Source: Takakia lepidozioides (lineage: Eukaryota > Plantae > Bryophyta). Taken from it: 64,000 nucleotides of DNA. The notes under the pieces were generated by a model. It was given only the letters and a program-made list of their open reading frames with translations, was not told where the DNA came from and did not search any database. Of the stretch, positions 60,766 to 64,000 are shown piece after piece. The first letter of the stretch is position 1; each line of letters starts with the position of its first letter. Location of the stretch: assembly GCA_030704615.1 (NCBI GenBank), contig CM060731.1, forward strand, positions 36,766,001 to 36,830,000, given 5' to 3'. The translations under genes were made by a program, and so were the position numbers.

Positions 60766-61091
60766 ATGTATTTCTGGTTGCGGAAGACAGTAGATGCACT
60801 TGCAGGTGATTTCAGAATCTCATGAATGCAATCCTCAAGTGAGCAGAGATGGTAGCCCTAAACCTTCGTTAGTGTGTCAACTGGTCAGATTTGTGAGCTA
60901 CAAATGTGAGATGGCAGCCGACTCCACTCTCTCCACGTTCAGCTTACATGACACTTGGCGAGTGTCTCTACAGCTTGTTGTAAGCCCTCCCCGTTTGGAG
61001 TTCTGACACATGGTGCCTCCACGGTGCGTGCAGCTACCATGCTCCGATCGCTTCTCCTCCCCCCCCCCCCCAACTGATCGATCCAGCCCGC

Positions 61092-61480
61092 CGAAGCAAT
61101 GGCACTTCAAATGGCCCAGGCTCTATCCCATGACTTTTTATTGCCCCATTGCAGGTGTAGCTATCGTAGATCTGGAGTTCTTAAATTCTTGGACTTGGAT
61201 GCAGAGGACAGGGGGTTACATTGTACTAACTATCTCAGTCAGACTGAACTACACATTTTTAATGTTCTATTTTCATCCTCTTCGAAAAAGATTGAATTCC
61301 TTACTTCATTGCAGTTGTTCCGACAAGAAGAAGAAAAAAGAAAAAATGAAACCAAGAATCCACTCAGATTGAAATGGCAATCTTCATGAATCCATCCCAC
61401 AAACCCCACACACTCATGTCATATCCATTGTGCATTCATCTACACTGTATTCATGCATCCTCCATTCATGAATGTTTTTG
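61092..61480 (+). repeat. Diverged remnant of the 3' part of the nested MULE family (homologous to ~14159-14530)
   Basis: Both read ...RSGVLK[Y/F]LDLDAE..G[I/L]HCT and share atgaatccatc.cacaaacc...catatccattgtgcattcatctaca.tgtattcatgc...ctccattcatgaat. Confidence 0.85.
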
Positions 61481-62733
61481 TTTGCCATGAATACAACCTC
61501 ACATAATGGAAATTCATGTAAGGGAGTCGAAGCAAAGCCATGGACAGCTTGATTGGTTTGCATGAGCGTGAGCTTGGAGAAATTGACATGACTGCACCTT
61601 TGATGCCACCTTTGATGTTATATATGATCATTCTTGGATTTTCTGATTGTATGTAAAGTAAGAGGCTCATGTTCTAAAATCAATAGGGATTGAACAGCTG
61701 ATTTATCTTGTACAATCCATCATGATGAGGATCAATATGAATAATATAAGCACTACCATGGCCTTCCACACTCACCGACTTGGTGTATTTAACGGTATAC
61801 CCAGCAGCAACAACGTTGCGTACTGGAAATGAGATTTCGACGTGCGTACTGGAACATGGGGTGTTTTCTGCATCATTTTCATGCCCCCATTATGTAGTCG
61901 GATGGCAACATTGCCTTGACCATGAATATCATGAGAGGAATTATTTCCAAGAAATTATACTTTGTCTTTTGAGAAATATGAATCATAATTAACAAATGCA
62001 TGGAATTCCTGCCTTATTGCAGTTACAAATCAGTTGTAAAATGATGATAATAGATTTATAGTTGTTCATAATGTCAGGATAGTGGTTGTGCATTCAATAA
62101 ATATTCAATGATTGTATGATATGTACAATATAGATACTGCAAATTTAGTGTATTGTTTCCAGTTTGTGTATTACTTGGCGACCACCATCATCTATATGGA
62201 AATTGTAGACTTGGAAATGAGCTGAGAAATAATTTTTTATTTTTCAGAACACAATAATGTTGTATATGTTAGTCCATGTCTATTTATATTTGGCGGATCA
62301 AATGCATGCAAGCCACCCAACCACCGTACTACAACAAGTTGTTATTCTCTCTGGGGCTCTTCCTATCTATACTCAAGGTCTATACTAGAATTAGCTTAGA
62401 TAACTAAGCTCAACTTCCGTTTATCTCCAAATCAGTTGAGATAACTATGCAAGACAGCCCCATCACAATGCAGACAAACACAGAGGAATATTCTTGAGCT
62501 ATTTGAAGTGTTTTTCAATTTAGGAGAGGAGAATGTACAATACTTTGCAGGCTGTGACCCTTATAACGCGACAACAAAATGCAAGAGACTTGGACACTTG
62601 AGGCAAATGTCTGCAGAAAGTTCAAAGAGCTTCTAGCATAAGAGAAAGCAGGAACGGAGAAAGAGAGTGGCCCACAACAAGCAGCCCAAGAGCAACAGCT
62701 GTTGTATGAAGGATTGTCTAAAGATGTAACACC

Positions 62734-63052
62734 TCATGCAGATATGCTGCCTAGCATTTTCTGGTCATCATAGCCGAACACTTCTATAAGGGAATGGTTA
62801 TCTTGGTTGCCTATTATCTTCTCTGGATCTCGTAGTAGGACAGTTAAAGAAGAAATGTTCTTCGATTTCAATTTCCCTCCCGTCATCTCTAGTGCAAGCA
62901 GGGCACAAGCTGTCAGCACACTGCAGGTTGTCCCACCTTCCAGCCTCTATCTGCAGACCATGGGAGCCCACCCTACATCTTCCCAAAAAAGGGGAGATAA
63001 GAGTTGAAGACAAGTAAATAGGGTGTAAGATTCTATTATCACGGAGGACCAA
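62734..63052 (-). mobile_element. 3' fragment of a LINE (C-terminal Zn-knuckle region)
   Basis: FLGRCRVGSHGLQIEAGRW...LCPAC...EIEEHFFFNCP. Confidence 0.65.
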
Positions 63053-63321
63053 GAATGTCTCCTGATAGAACTAAAGCTGATGTGAGATATTCTTACACTA
63101 TTCACAGTTGTATGCGGAACTGTTTTAAGACGGTTTCCAGGTCCACCTAATGTGAAGTTCCATCAGCTCCCGCCTCATGAGTTCACTGCAGTCGTGCTGG
63201 GACAAAATTTCCAAACCCTCTGTATGCTGTGGCAGTAGCAAAGCAACGGACAGTCGGTGCATTGAAAGAAGGGGGGCAAACTTAATCCACAAAAGTACCT
63301 GAAGGCAGAGTCACCTTCTAC

Positions 63322-63949
63322 CTACACAGGTCTCCATGAGCTAAGCTTGGAATGATCCACAATGCGCTTGTTTTTCTTGCTTATGAGAATCATGTCTTCA
63401 AACTCAGCATCCCAGATGATATGATCATCACAGACACAATAGTGCTGCACGTGGAACACTGATTGCATGGATGATCTTTCCAGCCCAACCTGCAAATACC
63501 AATCCTAGTCTTTCAGGTTCTTTGAAAAGTTACTAACTACTGGATTTGAGGAGATTCTCCCAAGACTTTTCCCAAAGGACCTTGATAATAAATGCATACG
63601 GCTTGATTGTTGTCCACATGACACTTACCAACTGAGAGTGAACCCTGGGGTTATGACCACCCAAAATACTAACCTAAGCCCAAATGTGCCCTCGTATTAA
63701 CACAAATTTGAGGACAATCAGACTACATGACTTTGACTGTCGATTTCAGAAAGCATGAAGCGAAACAGAAAACATGATCTTGAATCATAGCTATTCAATG
63801 GAGCAAGAAAGATTACTTACAACACTCAAAGTGAAGATAGCATCTTCCTTGCGCAGCATTTCAGGGCTCCGTCGGTAGAGAGGGCTTGTATCGTCAATGA
63901 TGTGGCGAATTAGCATTCCATGATTAAGGTAGGCAATCTCTGGCCGGAC
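63322..63949 (-). CDS. Last two exons of an inward-rectifier K+ channel (Kir/IRK cytoplasmic domain); gene extends past window end
   Basis: Exons 63949-63821 (VRPEIAYLNHGMLIRHIIDDTSPLYRRSPEMLRKEDAIFTLSV) and 63489-63322 (VGLERSSMQSVFHVQHYCVCDDHIIWDAEFEDMILISKKNKRIVDHSKLSSWRPV*). Phase-0 GT-AG intron. HxIDxxSPLY and IxWxxxFxD are Kir hallmarks. Confidence 0.8.
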
Positions 63950-64000
63950 CTGTACAAGGCCATGAAACATCTACCCGACAATCAGATCAGTGTCTGCTGG

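Overview
Eukaryotic nuclear DNA with spliceosomal introns, most likely from a non-seed land plant (bryophyte, lycophyte or fern; inferred from a PLS-DYW PPR editing factor, a plant L-type lectin RLK and a Kir-type channel). About 1-20.5 kb is a decayed, cargo-rich DNA transposon. It carries a Sola-like DDE transposase, a protein with Pol II CTD-like repeats, a ParB/Srx-like protein with a degenerate amino-methyltransferase-like C-terminus, and two FCP1/NIF HAD phosphatase-like ORFs. It also carries nine copies of a 24-bp palindrome (AACCTCCACTG-NN-CAGTGGAGGTT), roughly one per kb. An 8,966-bp Mutator-like element (6045-15010; 9-bp TSD ACGGTTTAT; imperfect TIRs) is inserted in the ParB-like gene. 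It encodes a GCM/WRKY-like + MULE + SWIM transposase and a divergently oriented spliced gene with a degenerate beta-class N6A/N4C DNA methyltransferase fold, and it has its own intronic array of a different 22-bp palindrome (TGAATGTCGT-TG-ACGACATTCA). The most interesting signal is that each element pairs a repurposed bacterial-type DNA-binding or modifying fold with a private palindrome. The rest of the window holds host genes (PPR-DYW, RNI-like LRR, seryl-tRNA synthetase, Dim1-like, GT8/PGSIP, LecRLK, ADP/ATP carrier, the 3' end of a Kir-type K+ channel), LINE remnants and gene fragments. All domain calls are by eye from motifs; no searches were run.
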